From contig LRSL01000095.1 of NCBI GenBank assembly GCA_001563335.1, positions 14,586 through 78,585 on the forward strand: a stretch of DNA of 64,000 nt, given 5' to 3'. Of the stretch, positions 61,033 through 64,000 are shown in pieces. A program made the translations under genes and the position numbers. Positions within the stretch are counted from its first letter, which is position 1. Each line of letters starts with the position of its first letter. Origin of the DNA: Candidatus Thorarchaeota archaeon SMTZ1-45 (GTDB lineage Archaea > Asgardarchaeota > Thorarchaeia > Thorarchaeales > Thorarchaeaceae). Below the pieces are notes generated by a model. It ran no database searches and was not told the origin of the DNA. It saw only the letters and a program-made list of their open reading frames with translations.

Positions 61033-61884
61033 ATGAAGTATGGAATCAACATCCCTAACTTTGGATGGTTTGGTGATATTCACCTACTTGTCGATATTGC
61101 AATTGTTGTCGAAGATGCTGGGTGGGATGGATTTTTCCTTTGGGACCATCTGCTAGTTTTCAAGCAAGAAGATATGGTTACAAAATTTGTCGATCCTTGG
61201 ATTGCACTATCAGCAGTAGCATGTCAAACTAACAAGATACGACTTGGACCACTAATTACACCTCTACCACGTCGTAGACCTTGGAAAGTCGCTAGAGAGG
61301 CTGTATCTCTTGATTATCTCTCAAATGGTCGAATCCTTCTAGGGGTTGGAATTGGTGCACCACCAGATGCCGAGTTTGATTATTTTGGTGAAGCGAGCGA
61401 CACAAAGATACGTGCCCAGAAATTGGATGAGGGTCTAGATATCATAACTGGTCTTTGGTCTGGCAAACCTTTCTCCTACAAGGGACAGCACTATCAATTG
61501 GAAGAGATGACATTCTTGCCCAAACCAAAACAACAACCCAGAATCCCGATATGGGTTGGTGGAGGAGTACCAAATAAGGCACCATTCAGAAGAGCGGCTC
61601 ATTATGATGGTGTAGCTCCGGTCCATTCAAAATGGCCCGAACTAGTCACTCCTACACTTCTTGATGATGTCCTCGAAATCATCCTGTCTGAGAGAAAGGA
61701 TCTTGAAAACTACGATGTTGTAGTCTGTGGTGAAACAACTGGAAACGATTCTGCAATAGATCGGGAAAAGATCGAACAATGGACTCAAGCTGGTGCGACA
61801 TGGTTCCTTGAAGATATACATGGACTTCGTGCAGAAGTTGCCGAGCTTCGAGAAAGGATACAGGCAGGACCACCTGAAGTCTGA
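61033..61884 (+). CDS. LLM-class flavin/F420-dependent oxidoreductase
   Basis: GWDGFFLWDH, DPWIALSAVA, SLDYLSNGR and IPIWVGG motifs. Confidence 0.92.
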   Translation: MKYGINIPNFGWFGDIHLLVDIAIVVEDAGWDGFFLWDHLLVFKQEDMVTKFVDPWIALSAVACQTNKIRLGPLITPLPRRRPWKVAREAVSLDYLSNGRILLGVGIGAPPDAEFDYFGEASDTKIRAQKLDEGLDIITGLWSGKPFSYKGQHYQLEEMTFLPKPKQQPRIPIWVGGGVPNKAPFRRAAHYDGVAPVHSKWPELVTPTLLDDVLEIILSERKDLENYDVVVCGETTGNDSAIDREKIEQWTQAGATWFLEDIHGLRAEVAELRERIQAGPPEV

Positions 61885-61949
61885 TAGGTATTTTCTTTGC
61901 ATAATTCTTTTTAACAAGACAGGCTGGCAGTTGTTATTAGGTTAGGAAT

Positions 61950-63440
61950 ATGGGTCGGATCGCCTCATTCTATGGGTTCAGTGAAGACAATGAGCGTATT
62001 CTTCGAATTGCCAAGATAATCGTCGGATTTGTACCCATTGTTGTGGCATTTACAACAATGTCTAGCACTTTCTATATGATTTTCGTTGCTGATGCTCTTG
62101 GAGGTGGCGAAGGTAGGTTCTTGGAAGGTCTAGGCTTAATTGGCGTATTAGTAATTATTCAGCTTGGTTTCCAAACACTTCTTGATTATCCTACAGGCGC
62201 AGTTGGAGATTGGATTGGTCAGCGCTGGATTATATGTTCAGCTTTCGTATGCTATGCGGCTACATTCTTTCTGACCTCATTTCTCACTCCAACAACCCCA
62301 TTTACGATCTTTGTTCTGGTATATGTCTTCTGGGGCATTGCCGCTTCTCAGGAAAGTGGTGCGTGGATGGCTTGGTTTGATAACAACTATAGAGTTGCCA
62401 TGCCTACTGACTCTGATAGAAAGGAATACGGAGTATTTCTTGGACGAAGTGGTATGATTATTCAGATAGCTGCAACAGCAATTCTAATACCCGGTAGTAT
62501 CCTCGCAGTTGTTTTTGGTCGTCAATGGGTTTTCCAACTAGAAGGGATTGCATGCGTTTTCATAGCTTTTCTAACACTGAGATTTGTTCAAGACTTCCCT
62601 GAGGTTAGCGAAGCAAGAAAACGACCAACCATGAGTGAGTATACAGACCTTCTAAAGTCTGGAGTTGGTTTCCTATTTACTGATCCCTTTGTGAAGTGGT
62701 TTATAATTGGGGGCACTCTAGTAACAAGTGTAATTATTGTTTGGGGGAACCTGATACTATTTCCTTTCTATTTTCTATACCTTATCACTGATGTTGGTGT
62801 TGCGAGCTTCCGGACAATTCTATTCTTTCCAAGTGTCTTTACAGAGGAAAGATCCGGTATATGGTCTCGTAGATTTGACCCCCAGAAATGGATTCCTAGG
62901 TTCCGATTACTTCAGACCTGCGGATTTCTATTCTTCCTGATCTTAGCCATTGTGATGATAATCTATCCTCCTATTTCCGAGGGTGCGACTATAATTGAAA
63001 TCCTGCTTCCCTTCACTGACATTATAATCTTGGAGATACCACAGAGGTTCCTACTGCCTATTGTTTTTCTGCTTTGTACTTTCATATTTACTGGTCTTTT
63101 TGGAGGGTTCTCAAACATTCTGACACAGAGACTCTTGTTGGATGTGATTCCAAACCGAATTCGAAATAGTGTCTACTCATTGATGCCCACAGTTTCCATG
63201 ATACTGGCACTTCCTCAAATCGTTGTCATTGGATTTACTATACAGAACTTAGGATTTCCAGTTTCTCTGATGATTTGTGCCCTCCTCTCTCTAATTGGTG
63301 TGTTAATGATTCGTAAAGGCTTGTCATATCCGATTCCTGTTCCAGAAGAGGAAACTTGGGGTGCTCCAATGGTAGATGAAACAATTGGGTTTGAAGTAGT
63401 GCCCGAAACAGAGTTTGATGACGACTTAGATATGATTTGA
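61950..63440 (+). CDS. MFS transporter
   Basis: LDYPTGAVGDWIGQRW motif, ASQESGA, about 12 TM helices. Confidence 0.87.
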   Translation: MGRIASFYGFSEDNERILRIAKIIVGFVPIVVAFTTMSSTFYMIFVADALGGGEGRFLEGLGLIGVLVIIQLGFQTLLDYPTGAVGDWIGQRWIICSAFVCYAATFFLTSFLTPTTPFTIFVLVYVFWGIAASQESGAWMAWFDNNYRVAMPTDSDRKEYGVFLGRSGMIIQIAATAILIPGSILAVVFGRQWVFQLEGIACVFIAFLTLRFVQDFPEVSEARKRPTMSEYTDLLKSGVGFLFTDPFVKWFIIGGTLVTSVIIVWGNLILFPFYFLYLITDVGVASFRTILFFPSVFTEERSGIWSRRFDPQKWIPRFRLLQTCGFLFFLILAIVMIIYPPISEGATIIEILLPFTDIIILEIPQRFLLPIVFLLCTFIFTGLFGGFSNILTQRLLLDVIPNRIRNSVYSLMPTVSMILALPQIVVIGFTIQNLGFPVSLMICALLSLIGVLMIRKGLSYPIPVPEEETWGAPMVDETIGFEVVPETEFDDDLDMI

Positions 63441-63446
63441 TGCATC

Positions 63447-63932
63447 TTATGGACAATTATTGTAAACCAAATTATATTCGAACTCGACTGATACTGTTGA
63501 GTTCACAGAAGCCTTCACTATGTGGTAGGGTTGAGTGAACGCCATGGTTACACCACAACCCTCTCCTGGGTGTTGTTCCTTAATATGAACTGTAAGTCTG
63601 TTTCCTGATGTTGTAATGTGAGTGATCTCAGCGACATATCCACCAGTTACAAACTCACCAAGAAAGACAGCGAATACAACTTCGTATGTGAAATTCACAT
63701 AGGGCAGATCAGGAACACCTGTACTTATGTTATTCATGTCTGTCCAAAGTGTTTCCCATGATTCTAGGTCTTCAATTACATAGTTTATTCTACTTTTAAT
63801 TCCACAGTAAAACCCTTGTTCTATCTCTTCAAAAGGAATACTTGACGGAACAAAACCAAGCTGGAGAGCTATAACAGAGCCAACGATCAATGTACATAGG
63901 AAAATCGTTCCGGCTAGCACCCTCCGCTCCAT
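63447..63932 (-). CDS. PrcB C-terminal domain-like membrane-anchored protein
   Basis: PYVNF...AVFLGEFVTGGY...TMAFTQPYHIVK motif; N-terminal TM. Confidence 0.8.
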   Translation of the reverse strand: MERRVLAGTIFLCTLIVGSVIALQLGFVPSSIPFEEIEQGFYCGIKSRINYVIEDLESWETLWTDMNNISTGVPDLPYVNFTYEVVFAVFLGEFVTGGYVAEITHITTSGNRLTVHIKEQHPGEGCGVTMAFTQPYHIVKASVNSTVSVEFEYNLVYNNCP

Positions 63933-64000
63933 TATGATACAATCCTATTTATTCTCAAATAGTTGGAGAATGATTCTGATAAAATCCTATGCAAATTCGC

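Overview
Gene-dense, roughly 40% GC archaeal chromosomal window with no rRNA, tRNA, CRISPR array, integrase or transposase recognisable. The gene content suggests an Asgard archaeon, most likely Thorarchaeia (inference): Lrp/wHTH expansions, giant FtsX-type permeases, C-terminally anchored surface proteins, a heliorhodopsin, GAGGTGA Shine-Dalgarno sites and an archaeal-type tail on LeuRS. Metabolic genes (panB, glutamine synthetase-like, serine/threonine dehydratase, leuS, SDR, M20, nitroreductase, LLM) alternate with accessory tracts containing several broken genes. Strongest leads: (1) a SERCA-like P-type ATPase whose ion site II is replaced by hydrophobic residues (PEGL->PINI, like the PISL of eukaryotic P4 lipid flippases); (2) a tandem array of four TPR genes with ~1,558-bp period, conserved ends, a variable middle, a shared ~65-bp intergenic element and mosaic similarity; (3) a subtilase with the domain order of eukaryotic Site-1 protease; (4) an Ltp4/Ltp3/DUF35x2 retro-aldolase-like operon; (5) a duplicated [small membrane protein - cargo - HEAT] module, one copy carrying a heliorhodopsin; (6) a bacterial-core/archaeal-tail LeuRS; (7) a probable ATT-initiated Zn-ribbon/acidic/coiled-coil gene. 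All family assignments come from motif recognition by eye; no searches were run.
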